In this document: positions 50,136 to 62,800 of the stretch, piece after piece
Position numbering within the stretch: the first letter of the stretch is position 1
How the letters are laid out: each line of letters begins with the position of its first letter
NCBI RefSeq assembly: GCF_963921235.1
Contig: NC_086097.1
Location: forward strand, 200,820,001-200,884,000
Source: Mobula hypostoma
Lineage: Eukaryota
Direction: 5' to 3'
Length of the DNA stretch: 64,000 bases
The notes under the pieces: model-generated
Told to the model about the DNA's origin: nothing
The model's input: only the letters and a program-made list of their open reading frames with translations
The model's database searches: none
Translations under genes and position numbers: made by a program

Positions 50136-51212
50136 CACTCTTAGCAAGTTGGAGGCGCACATCTTCTTAACTCCCTATGCTCAGAGGTCAACTTTTCATG
50201 ACTTTTATATGGAAATCTGTATTAAAGCAGACAAGTTTATTGACAGATATTACCCAGAGAGGCAGAGAAGAGACCCCCCCCCCGAGACTTGAGTTATAAA
50301 TGGGTCTTAGAACAAAACTAAAAAAAGGCTTGTTATAATTTGATATTATTATGTTACTTTGTTATAATTTGATATTACTAAGTTACTAAGTAAACAAATG
50401 GTAGGCGTTTGTATGTTAAGGGTAAACATATCTGATTAAAATAATACCCCAGTAAAAACAAGTTAATACACTATTAAAATAAAAAGGGAGGAGTGTACCG
50501 TATAGGCTACAGTATAAGAAGGGACTACTTTATGTTTTGGTAACACATCGTTGAATGCGCTATTAGGCGCATATTGATCTGTACATGTGTGCCGAGTTCG
50601 GATTATGCCAGTAAAAAACCATGAAACTTAGCTCCCATCTCCATCATTTTTATTGATAGCATTGTTGTGTAACCAGGCCCACATTCACAACGGTTGTCAT
50701 TGCAAGTGGATATATAAGGTCCTTTGATACTATTTTAAAAAAGAACAGGTAATTTCTTCTGGTATCCAGGCATTATTTATTTCTCAAGTGCAATGTAAAA
50801 GAACACTGCTGAGCAGAGGTCTTTGCTGTCACAAATTCACCATTGTGGAGCAAATCTGGCATGGGGATCTGTTTGCATCTAGTGATGAACAGCCCTCTGC
50901 TCAGCTCAGTGCAGTCGTGACACACCTATACTGCACCTGTGGAGTCCAGTGAGCAGTGTCAAACTGTATATTTCACAGCTCTCATTGAAATAAGCTGAAG
51001 AAAACATCACTTTAGCAAAAGGTATGTGAATAAAGGGTCTTCAACCTGAAGCATTCTTCAGTTGCTGCATGAGCAGCCAAGTGTTTTCAGCATTTAGGTA
51101 TAAATTGAAGCTTTTTAAAAAGTTTAATTAAAACATCTTGATACTTCAAATTGTATTTAAGCACGTATGTGCATTCTAAAGACTTAATTTTTAAAAATCA
51201 TTCTAATAATCT

Positions 51213-53721
51213 TGTCAAGAAATATAAAGGAGGATTGACACAAACACAGACCAGCAAAGACAATTTAGCAGTGAGTCATCACTTCAATAATAAAATGCAA
51301 AATAACAAGCCACCAGGAGCCACAAAACAAGAGAGAATGGACACTTAACCTCAAAGACAACAAGGTAACTGAAGGGTATGAGCAACTGGTTGAGGCTGGT
51401 TGGTTCAATGGGTGAACAAGAACTGTGGATGAGAGTTGGGCTTAAACAGGCTGCAGGTGATGAGTTGGAAATGAGTGGCATGTGATTCCTGTTAGTTGGG
51501 TGGAGACAATGAGGTGCCTGCCTGTGCAGGTCTGACAGGATCAACTTTCCTACGGCTGGCATCAAACAGCCCAGGATGATCCAGGTGGGTCCAATAGAAT
51601 TCCTGGATGAGCAATGGATGTTAACCTGGAAGGAAATGGTTGAGGTGTGGAACTGGAACTTTTCCTAACAACAGTACAATTCATTTTCAAAGAGATGCTG
51701 AAGGACTGAATTGACGTGACAGACATAATCTTGGAGAAGATGGGGATGTTGTCAAGGCAGACAAATCCTCACAGGATCTTGTGAATGAAAGCCTGGGAAA
51801 TGTCTGGACTGTCAGAAAGTCCATAAGGCATTAGCAATTAGCTATGGTGGCCAGCAGGTGTCATGAATGCCGGCTGCTTTCCACTCAACCCCCAGGCAGA
51901 TGCAGGTCAGGTTGTACACACTCGGTAGGTCCAGTTTGGTGAAGATCTGAGCCTCACATATTGTATCAAATGTGCTATCTGTCAAGCAGAGAGGGTGGTG
52001 GTTCTTCATGGTGATTTTGTTGAGTGCACAATATTCGATGCAGGTACACAGAGCACCACCCCACCCCTTCCCCTGCTATATTTCCTGCGTAGTCTGGGGA
52101 CTGGGATGGTCAAACGAAGCTGTGCTGTAGCACTTCAGCAATGTAGTCATTCATGGCTTGGGATTTAGGTGGGGGGAGGGAGAACAGATGACCTCAGAGA
52201 GTGGTGGTACCCAGGAGGAAGTTGATCTCACAATCGTGTGGATTGTGAGACAGTTTACTGAAGGCGGTGGCTAAGTCATGGTATTCCTGTGGCAGTTTGG
52301 TGAGGTCAAGGATTTCCTCCATCTCCACAGATTTACAGGGTGAAGTCAGTTGATGTTGCAGGCAGTGGGTTCCCAGCTCAGCAGTGAACTGGATGACCAG
52401 GATCAGTGAGTGGAGAGCCGGGGGTAACCCAAGATGGGAGACGTGTTGGGCAGGTCGATAAGGAGGAATTGGATAGACTCACAGTGCTCTCTGATGTCTG
52501 TGTGCACAGGCCGCGTGTGCATTCTGACCATCCCAGACCCCAGGGGATGTCTGTCAATGGTCGTGATGCAAAAGGAGAGTGAGATAGACTCGGTAGGGAG
52601 TCCAAACTGCACACACAGAGTTCAGTCCAGAAAGTTGCCTGCTGTGCTGGAGTCCACCAGAGCCTCTCAGGGGCTAAGGTCCTCTCCCTAACTCCATGGT
52701 TCTGGTGGTGTTGCTGATGAGAATCCTGCAGCCTGAAATGGTTCTGGGAATGGAACTGGGATTCTGGCTGGTGGTCTGGAGATTCATTCCATAAGATGCT
52801 TGTCAACACGGAAGGCCAGAGTGATGAGGCTTTCAAGGTCAGTGGGCATCTACTGGGTAGACAACTTACATTCCAAGAGGCTGTGATGGCAATGGGCCAG
52901 AGGTGATTCTGCATTCCAGACACACTCCACTGCAAGAGTCCCGAATTCCACAGTGTAATCCAGCACCAAGCATGAGCCTGAAGTGTCTCTCTTCCACTTC
53001 CCAGATGGTTAAAAACCAGAGCATCTCAGCATTGAATTCCTCATATTTATTGCAGACGGTGTTTTCATTGTCCCAGTTAGTGGCAGCCCAGGTGAGACTC
53101 CACCCAGTCAAGAGAGAGATGATAAAGGCAATCTTGGCTTGATCCATGGAATACAGAGATGGCTGGAGCTTGAAGTGCAAGACACACTGGGACAGAAAGT
53201 TGTGGCATCAGGTTGGGAATCCAGCGAGCATTCAGGCACCAGAATCTGGGGCTCTGAGGGAGGAGGTTGACTGGTATGGGGTTGCTGTAACAAGACGAAG
53301 AGTTGGTTGAGAGTGCCGAGCAGATGGTCAATGGCTTCCTGTTGCTTTTGGGTTGTGTACTCATGTCAGTGGATGATCTCCTTCGGCGAGCAAACTCTGC
53401 TAGGTCTATTGCTGGTTCATCCATCCTGTCAGGAAATGCAGAGGAGGCTTGACCCAAACACAGAGCAGTGAAGAAAATCTAACGGTGAGCTATCATGTTA
53501 ATAATAAACTGCAAATTAACAAGCCACAAGGGGTCACAAAACAAGAGAGAACCAATCAGGGAACCAGGTAACTAAAGGCTAGGAGCAATTGGTTTAGTCT
53601 GGCTAGTTTGATGGGCGAATAAGGACTGTGAATGAGAGCTGGGTTTAGATAGGCTACAGGAAATAAGTTGGAAATACAGTCCCCTGGAGGGCCGCAGTGC
53701 TGCTTATGGCCATGTCTGACA
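51213..53721 (-). mobile_element. Old Sushi/chromovirus-like Gypsy element; LTRs 51213-51537 and 53427-53721
   Basis: Diverged direct repeats with TGTCA...TGACA ends; gag FKLQPSLYSMDQAKIAFIISLLTGWSLTWA (PEG10/RTL1-like); RT remnant LNKITMKN..IFTKLDL; TSD not recognisable. Confidence 0.78.
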
Positions 53722-53729
53722 AACAGCTC

Positions 53730-54335
53730 TGAAGTTGCACAAACTGTGGCCTACAGTTAGGTAGCCCATTGTCCAGGATACAGTGGAAGTGCCAACCTAC
53801 ATTGAATAGAGCTTTTCTCCCAGCAATGAGGGTTGTATGGTATTGGAGGTACTTGAGAAATCAGAAACCATGATTTAGATGAGTGCAGCCGCTAAAGCAC
53901 AAATGAAGAGCTGAACAATCCAAGACAAAGCAGCCTGATTAATCGGCACCCTTTCCACCAGCTCAGACATTCATTCCCTCCATACCCATTGCATCTTGAC
54001 AGCAACATGGGATAAAATGCACTGCAGTTCCTCATTTGGGCTACTCTCCCAGTATGTTGCGAATCTGCAACTTCTGTAATCAAGAGCAATAAGGACAGCA
54101 GCTGCACCTGAAGCCCAACACCTTCAGGTTTTGCTCCAAGTTGCACATCATCCTGACTTGGAAATAAATTGCCATTACTTCCTCACTACTGAGGCTAAAT
54201 GGTGGAACTCTCTCCCCAAAAGCACCGTGGAAGCACTCTCACCAGAGTCTGCAGTGGTTCAAGAGGCTAACTCACCTTTTGAAGGGCAATTATGGATAGG
54301 CAAGAAATGCTGGCTTTGTCAATAATGCCTATATC
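53730..54335 (+). mobile_element. L2 3' fragment
   Basis: QDKAA.LI.T-like reading, WNSLPKSTV, GAAGGGCAATTATGGATAGGCAAGAAATGCTGGC 3' end. Confidence 0.6.
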
Positions 54336-54479
54336 ATGAAAATTGGATAAGTAAACAGTAAAGAACCCAAATAATCATGAATAAATGTATTCTTAATGTC
54401 ATTCAGGTGGGAAACAGGTCTTTTAGACCACTGTCTATACTATTGTTCATGCACCAACTTCTCCACTGAGCACACCCTA

Positions 54480-54725
54480 ACAGATTTCATTCCACTTACA
54501 CTTTCATCAACACCCCCTCCAAACTCCGAGATTCTACCTCATCACACTAGTCAATTAACCAACTAACCCATACATTTTTGGGACGTGGGAGGGGAGCAGT
54601 GCCTTCAAAGGAAACTCACACAGTCACAGAGAGAGAACATGCAAACTCCACACGGAAACTGCTGAAGGTCAGGATTAAATCCCGGTCACTAGAACTGAGA
54701 AGGTGACCCTACTAGCTACATCATC
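54480..54725 (-). mobile_element. V-SINE-like fragment
   Basis: TTTTTGGGACGTGGGAGG..GAACATGCAAACTCCACAC core. Confidence 0.55.
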
Positions 54726-55744
54726 ATGTCAATCAACAATGAGCATTGGGTTTAAGTATTTCATTAGGTTCAACAGTTACGCCTTGTCTTAGATGTGTAA
54801 AATTTTCTCATTTTTCGGACAAGGAAAAATGCAAGTTCGCAATTAAATTATTTTATGAAAGCATATTCACCTGGCTGCATAGGAGAAGAAATTATGGTTT
54901 ATAATCATAAAGAGAGAAATTTCTTTTTACAGTAATCTAAACCATGCTGACATAATTTATTAATACATTATCACTAGTGGCATCAGAATTATATCTTAAA
55001 AGAAATCTCGTTATAAGGTTAGATCAAGCCCAAGAATGAACTGATCTGACTTTTACAGGCAATCTTAAATGAGTATCATTTATTAATTGTCTTCTATTCA
55101 ATAATATTCTTCAGGTTTCCTAAAGATAGATCTTATGGTTTTTGAGTTCATGGAGAAAGCCAATTTCCTAATGAACCTATTGGGCATATGCATATTAGGT
55201 CTGATTATCATAATAACTAAGATGCTGTCTCTATTAGCATAATGATCCCCCTCTATTTCACAGTCTTGGTACTCGGGGTTTGGAGTTAATGGAAAATGTG
55301 AAAACGTTTACACTGACTGTCTTTCCTGCCCCATTTATTCTTTGCCCCATTACACCAGCAAGTAATAGAGAAAAATTAGTGCCTATGAAAGATATGTTCT
55401 GATCATTACCTAAACACGACACTTAAATAATAAAAATAAAAATAATTCAGAAAAGATGATTGCAACAGATTATCTTGTAATGCAACAACAGCTTTTTTAG
55501 AAAATTGTTAAACACATCTGGCACCTTTCTGCCATATTTTTTTGTACTGTCAAAGTTGTCTTCTTTTTAACCACAGACTTTTTTTCAGGAATTAGCATGA
55601 TGAAAAACATTTTTCTGATTCTCTTCTTTTCTGGATACTTAACACAGAAACTTTTGCTGATGCTTTTGTAGTATGTTTTACTTTCAGCAGACTATGAAAA
55701 CTCAGATGTTTTCATGTAATATTTTCAATCATTATCCTCGTCTT

Positions 55745-56480
55745 CTCATTCAGGGCCCCAAGCAGTGCTTCCAGGTGAGACAACACTTCACCTCTGAGTC
55801 TGTAGGGGTCATCTACTGTATATGGTGCTCCTGTTGTGGCCTCCTGTATATCGGTGAGTCCCAACGCAGATTGAGAGATTGCTTCGCCAAGCTCCTACGC
55901 TCTGTCCGCTGGAAAAAGCAGGATCTCCCAGTGGCCACCCATTTTAATTCCACTTCCCATTCCCATTCCCATTCCAATATGTCAGTCCATGACCTGCTCT
56001 ACTGTCATGATGAGGCCACACTCAGGTTGGAGGAGCAACACTTCACATTCGTCTGGGTAGCCTCCAAACTGATGGCATGAACATTGATTTCTTGAACTTC
56101 CAGTAATGCCGCACCCCCTTCACCATTCACTGTTCCCATTTCCCTCTCTCACCTTAGCTCCTTACATGCCAAGCAACTCTCTCTGGTGCTTCTCCCCCTT
56201 TTCTTTTTTCCATGACCTTCTGTCCTCTCCTATCAGATTCTCCCTTCTCCAGCACTTTTTCGCTTTCACTAATCAACTTCCCAGCTCTTTACTTAACCCC
56301 TCCACCCCTCCTGGTTTCACCTATCACCTTGTGGTTCTTCCCTCCCTCCCACCACTTTCTTACTCTCCTCATCTTTTTTTCCAGCTCTGATGAATGGTCT
56401 CAGCACTTCCATTAAAGCTGCCTGGCCTGCTGACCTCCTCCACCATTTTGTGCGTGTGGCTTGAACTTCCAGGAGATTTT
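55745..56480 (+). mobile_element. Older Penelope 3' fragment (GIY-YIG)
   Basis: GVIYCIWCSCCGLLYIGES..VATHFN. Confidence 0.85.
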
Positions 56481-57064
56481 CTCTTTTTTTGTGATTGGAG
56501 CATATATTCTGCTATTTTTGTAATAATTTATTGGAGAACCTCCTTACTTTTCTTATTTAGCCTTTTATACATGGAACAAAATAATCTTGAAAACTAGCAA
56601 ACTATCTTGAAATGTAGCATTGGAAGCATTATGCATAGATAGTGTCCTTTGGTGCTTGCCCTTTCATTGCACTAGTGTCAAGGGTGTATGTTTCTCATAT
56701 AATCATGTACAACCATAGAAACAAGATTCAGAGGTAGTCCTTTGGTGCTGTGCGGGTTCTCAGATGGGGTAGCACTGCACTGCTGATTGCTACTGTTCTA
56801 GATTCCTTCAAGCACTTAAAGCAGCAAAAAATTGAAGGCAGCTTCTTGCATAATGTAGTTGTTGCACTCAGGTACAAATAAACAACAGTTCATTTTGTTA
56901 CGTGTTGGCACAAATGTTGGAAATAAGTAAATTAGGCTTTTTTCTAAAATCTATGTGAAACCTATGGAAAATAAACTGATTTTGGTTAGTAGTACAACTA
57001 TTTCTCATGATAAGGTTTTGTAAGTGAGAAATACTACGGAGGTAAGATTCACAGTCCTTTCAGT

Positions 57065-60000
57065 TACTGAACATAGAACATTGAACTGTACAATGCAGGA
57101 ACAGGTCCTTTGGCCCACAATGTTGTGCTGAATCAATTAAATTAATAATCAAACAGCCTACTAAAACAATCTCTTCTGCCTACACAATGTCCGTATCTCT
57201 CCATTTCCCTCCCATTGATGTGCCTATCTAAATGTCTCTTAAAAGTCCCTATGTGGCTGCCTGTACCACCTTCCCCAGCAGCGCATTCCAGGCACCCCCA
57301 CTCTTTGTGTAAAAAACTTGCTCCTCATACCTCTTTGAAGTTACCACCTCTCACCTTAAAAGCACGTTCTCTGGTATGAGACATCTCAACCCTGGGAAAA
57401 AGATACTGTCTGTCTACTCTATGCTTCTCATAGTCCTATAAACCTCTATCAGATCTCACTTCAGCCTCCAACGCCCCAGAAAAACAACTCAGGTTTGTCC
57501 AACCTCTCATTATAGCACATGACCTCTAATCCAGACAGCATCCTGGTAAACCTTTTCTGTATTCCCCACAAGGCCCCTCGACCAGAACTGTATGCAATAC
57601 TCCAGATGCCACCTAACTATAGTTTTATAAAGCTGCAAATTAGCTGCCTGACTTTTGAACTTAATGCCTTGACTAATAAAGGGAAGCAAGCATTATGCCT
57701 TCCTAACTACCCTATCAACCTGTAGAGCCACTTTCAGGGTGCTATGAATTTGGATCCTCGCAATCCCTTTGCTTATCAGCACTAAAGGATTTTGCCTTTA
57801 AATGCATCTTTACATTGGACCTATCAAGGTGCTACACTTCACATTTGTCCGGGTTAAACGCCATCTACCATTTCTCAGCCCATATCCACAACTGATCTAT
57901 ATCCTGCTGTATTCTTTGCCAGTCTTCTATGCTATCCCCAACACCAACGATCTTCATATTATCTGCAAACTTACTAACCCACCCATCCACATTTTCATCC
58001 AGGCCACTTATATGTATCACAAACAGCAGAGCATCCAGTACAGATTCCTGCAGAACAACACTAATTACAGATTTCAGGCTCAATCCCCTCAATCACTACC
58101 TTCTGTCTTCTATGGGCAAACCAGTTCGGAATTCAAAGAGCCAACTCATCATAGATCATATGCATTTTAATCTATTGGATAGCCTCCCATGAGGGGCCTC
58201 ATCAAATGCCTTACTAAAATCTACGTGGACAATATCCACAATTACCCTCATCAATCACCATTGTCACCCCATCAAAAAGTTCAAATAAATTAGGAAGACA
58301 CGAACTGCTCAGTACAAAGCTGTTTCTCACTAAGTAGGCCATTGATTTTGAAATGCTCATAAACCCTATTCTTAAGAATTCACTCCACTAATTTCCCTAC
58401 CACTGACGTGATACTCACCAGTCTATAGGTTTCAGGATTATCCCTGGGTCCCTTCTTGAATAATAGAAGATTAGCTAACTTGCCAGATCTCTGGGATCTT
58501 GCCTATGGCTAAAGAGGACTCAAAGATATTGGTCAAGACCCCAGCAATCTCAACTTCTGCCTCTCACAATAATCTGCAGTACATCCTAACAAGTCCTGGG
58601 GACTAATGCACTTTAATGCTCTTTAAGAGACCCAACATTACCTCCTCTTTTACCTGAAATGCCGTAACATATTGAAATGTTCGGCACTGCTCTCCCTATC
58701 CTCCACGTCCTATTCCTTGGTAAATACTGATGTTAAGGACCTTACCCATATCCTCCACATTCAAGGAAATGTCCACCCTTTATCCTTCAATGGTCCTACC
58801 CTCTCCCTAGTTATCCTTTTGCTCTTGATGTACAGTATGTACAGAATGTCTTGGATTCTCTTTAATCCTACTTGCCAAGGATTTTTCATGGCCCCTCCTG
58901 ACTTTCCTAATTCCCTTCTTGATTTCTTTTCTGGCTTCTTTATAATCTTCAAGTGCACTGTTTGATTCTAGCTTCCAATGCTTTACATATTTTTTGATTT
59001 TCCTTTTGACTAACTTCATCACCTCTCTCGACATCCAAGGTTCCCTTACCTTGACTTCCTTGTCGTTCCTTCTGACTGGAACATATCTGTCATGTACTCT
59101 GTGCAATTTCTTTTTAAACACCATCTACATGTCAAATGTGGATTTGCCCACAAATAGCTGTTCCCAATTAATTGCCTAGTTTCTTCCTAATGCTCGCGTA
59201 ATTTGTCCTACTCCAGTTTAATACTCTCCCGTGAGGTCCATACTTATACTTTTCTATAGCTTTCTTAAAACTTATGGATTTGTGGTCACTGTTCCCTAAC
59301 TGTTCACCCACTGAAAGGTCGGTCACCTGGCCAGGCTCATTACCCAACACTAGGTCTGTATTCTATGAATCTGAATGTCATCAGATATCACCAGCTGCAC
59401 CAACAGTTAAAAGATGAAAGAGCCTGCAGGAAGGGGGAGAGACAGGGAGAGGAAAGAGTGAACCAGTACAGAGAAGGCAGTCCCGGATGCTAGCGCAGGA
59501 ATACCTGAAAGACAGTGCACAGTACAGAGTGAGGGATGCACTAACAGCAAAGCTAAAGTGAAAATATTGTTATGCTGGCCTTAGTCGGGAAAGTCGATGA
59601 ATTTGATTGAGCTAATGAAGACCGGGAATCGTATATTGAGAAGGTTAAACTGTATGTATTGCAATGTTAACAATGTAGATGAGGAAAAGAAAGTCTCCAC
59701 ACTTCTTAGCTTAATTGGTGCTGAAATGTACAGTGTCTTACAAAACTTAGTGACTCTTGAAAAGCCAGCAAGACGTTCAAGAAATTGTTGAAATTTTACA
59801 AGTCACTTGAGCCCAAAACTGCTAGTAATAGCTGAGTGATTTAGATTTCACAAAAGGAACCAATCAAATGATGAAAGCATTTCTGAATACATTGCACAAA
59901 CTTTCCCAATACTGTGACTTTGGAGATGGATTTTCTTATGTATTAAGGAACAGGTTTGTATATAGCATGCATAGTCAAACCACTCAAAAGAGGCTAGTGT

Positions 60001-62800
60001 CAGAAAGAGACCTAACCTTAGAATGGGCATTGACCAATGCGATATCAAAGGACACAGCAGCAAAGGATGCATCAGAACTACAGAAAAAGAGTTTAGAATG
60101 TGAAATGCACAAAATGTCCCTGAATGATGCAAAACACCAAAAATGTTATTGATGTGGCAAATCCTCCAATGATGCAATTCACTGTTGGTTCAAAGTTTGC
60201 AGAAAGTGTCACAGCCAAGGCCACATGGACAGAGTGTCCAAGTCAGACAAAAAGCACAACTAAAGAGAAAAACCACACGGAGTGAATTTGTAGAATAGAG
60301 GGTGTAGTAAAGTTTCAAACACAAAACTAAACAAATGCATAAAATGACTAAACATGAAACTGAATCAGACAGCGCAGAATTTGACAAAGAAGAGCTGTTA
60401 TGCCTAGAACTGCCTAGCATTACTGAAGCAGATCGCAAAATCATATGGATCACAACAAATGTGCCCGTTGTAAAACTGAAAATGGAGTTGGATACAGGGT
60501 TAGCTTTGTAATTTCAAAGGCTGATTTCAACAGAGTGTTTTCTAAGCTACCATTTGAAAAGACCTTAATGATGCTAAAGGCCTACACAGATGAAAAGTGT
60601 CTCCCAAAGGCAAACTGAAAGTGAATGTGACATGGGAGTCAAAACATAGCAGTTAGAGCTTTATATGTTGAAAAGTGGTAAGCCACTGGTTTCTCCCAAG
60701 TCTTGCTTCAGTGCTGCACCCATTGAATGCACTATTGCACACAGGAGCAAACTGGGAGTGGACAGAAAGATGTGAAAGATCATTCAAGAAAACAAAGTCT
60801 TCCACTGTTGACAACTGAAGAAGCAATATCTTCATTCTATGACCCAGCTGAGGTATTCCACACAGCATTGTAACAAATTCTAAAATACAAAGGGAAACAA
60901 AGGATGACCTGAAATTGTCAAATGTCTAAGAAATTACCAGCAATGATGAACAGCTCATGGTAATCCTGTTTCCAGAGTTCTCAGTGATACAAGACCAACT
61001 GTCTGTAAGTCAAAGAACCCTGATGTGTGGATCTCATGTTGTGGTTCCCTCTAAACTGAGCACCAGAGTGTTAAAGAATCTGCATGAAGTTACACCTGGG
61101 CACAGTCAAGATGAAGGATCTTACCTGGAGCTACGTGTGGTGACTGGGAATAGATAAAGAGATTGAAGACTTTATCAAAAGCTGTTCGGGTTGCCACAAA
61201 GTCCAAAATGCACCCACACAGGCACCCTTACACCTGTGGAAATGGCTGTCTTCACCATTGCAGAGTGCATATTGACTTTGTTGGGTCATTCATGATTGCT
61301 GTGGATGTTCGTTCAAACTGGCCAAAGGTCATACCAACAAAGTCAAGCACATCAGAAAAGACTGTTTCCATTTGGAAGACTATCTTCTCCAGAAATGGCT
61401 TACCTGAATAAATTGTGAGTGACAACGGACCACAATACATGTCAGAAGAGTTCAGACTAATCATGAAGAAAAATTGCATCAAATATTTGAAGTCAGCTCC
61501 TCACCACCCAGCAATGAATGGGTTAGCTGAAAGGTTTGTCCAAACCTTCAAGAAGTCCATTAAAGCTATGGACAAGGAGGACATTCCTCTTCAGCACAAG
61601 GTGGACTACTTCCTTTTTTGTGTATTGGAACTCTGTTCATCAAACACCTGCAATGATGTTTATGAAGAGGAATCTGAGATCTTGCATAGACCTCCTGAAA
61701 CCAGATCTACGGAGGGAAGTGCAGAATAAAGAGTTCAGCCAGTTGCCAAGTAAATCAGCAAGGAGCTTTGAAGTTGGACAGGAAGTCCTAGCGTGTGATT
61801 ACCGAGAAGACAAGCGGACACCCAGTAGGAGAGCTACAAGAACTGGACCACTGATGTACACAGTGGATGTTGGAGATCAGGCATGGAGACTTCATGTGGA
61901 CCAGATACTGGATGTTCAGCTGAAGAACACACCTGAGTTGTCCGCATCCAGCAAATTGGACACATTGCATCCACTGGACTTACCTTTCAGTGATGATCAT
62001 GTCACTGACAGCAACGTGACACCTGCAACAGAGAAAGTTGTCTTTAACAAGACAACTGCCAAACCTAATGCCACTCCACAGGTCCAGAGACCCTATCCTG
62101 AAAGAAACAGAACATCACCCAAAAGACTGAATCTTTAATATAGTGAAGGAAGTTATGGACTGTTATTAACAAAATCAAACAAACACTGTTATTGAGAAAG
62201 CATGTTTATTTGAACATGGTCTGTTAAAAGGAAATTGAATGTTCTATTACATATAGAGTTTGATGTTATGTTAATCTAAAGGGGGAGGAAGTGTAGTGTG
62301 CAGACACAACAAGGTCCAGTACAGCACCTCCTCTTGTTGAACTTTCTACATATTGATTTAAGAAACCCTCCTGAATGCACCTAACAAATTCTGCTCAACC
62401 TAAGCCTCTTGCACTCAGAAGGTCCCAGTTTATATTAGGGAAGTTCAAGTCCCCCATGACAACAATCCTATTGTTTTTACACCTTTCCTTAATCCGCCTG
62501 CTAAGACCCAGGCTATTTTACTACCTATTGTCCAATCCTCAAAGAATATGGCCTCAATGTTCTGATGGTACAATCCCATCAGAGTGATTGCATCCATCCA
62601 ATATTTTGAATTCTACCCATATAGGGCCAGTGTATGAGCCCTTCTTTGTGTCCCCAGCTGTGATATTGTCCTGATTAGTAATGCCACTATCAACCCCACC
62701 ACCCCACCTCTTTTACCTCCCTCTCTATCTTTTCTAAAACATCTATACCCTGGAACATTAAGCACCCATTCATCTCCTTCTCTCAGCCAAGTCTTGACCA
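57065..62800 (-). mobile_element. CR1 LINE (RT plus EN) split by the Gypsy insertion at 59357-62311
   Basis: (CATAGAA) tail; VSKFADNMK, EPWMSREV, LGNSDH and TWL..VLNVPGYRCFRKDREGGKRGG motifs, collinear. Confidence 0.85.
59357..62311 (+). mobile_element. Degraded Gypsy element related to the SUDS3-carrying element (gag, PR, IN; RT largely deleted; LTRs collapsed)
   Basis: Perfect 5-bp TSD AGGTC at 59352-59356 and 62312-62316; MELDTG protease; VHIDF, SDNGPQY, SAPHHPAMNGLAERFVQTFK integrase; PPT AAAGGGGGAGGAAG. Confidence 0.85.

Larger units (their letters stand above)
47427..50692 (+). mobile_element. Non-autonomous Ty3/Gypsy LTR element carrying a captured SUDS3 cDNA
   Basis: LTRs 47427-47618 and 50494-50692 (TGTA...CACAAC[A/G]); PBS-like TTGTCAACGAGG; PPT AAAAAGGGAGGAG; TSD GTTTT/GTTGT with 1 mismatch. 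Confidence 0.92.

Noticed and set aside
52866..53430. Domesticated PEG10/RTL1-like gene
   Set aside because: Fragmented across frames within a decayed LTR element
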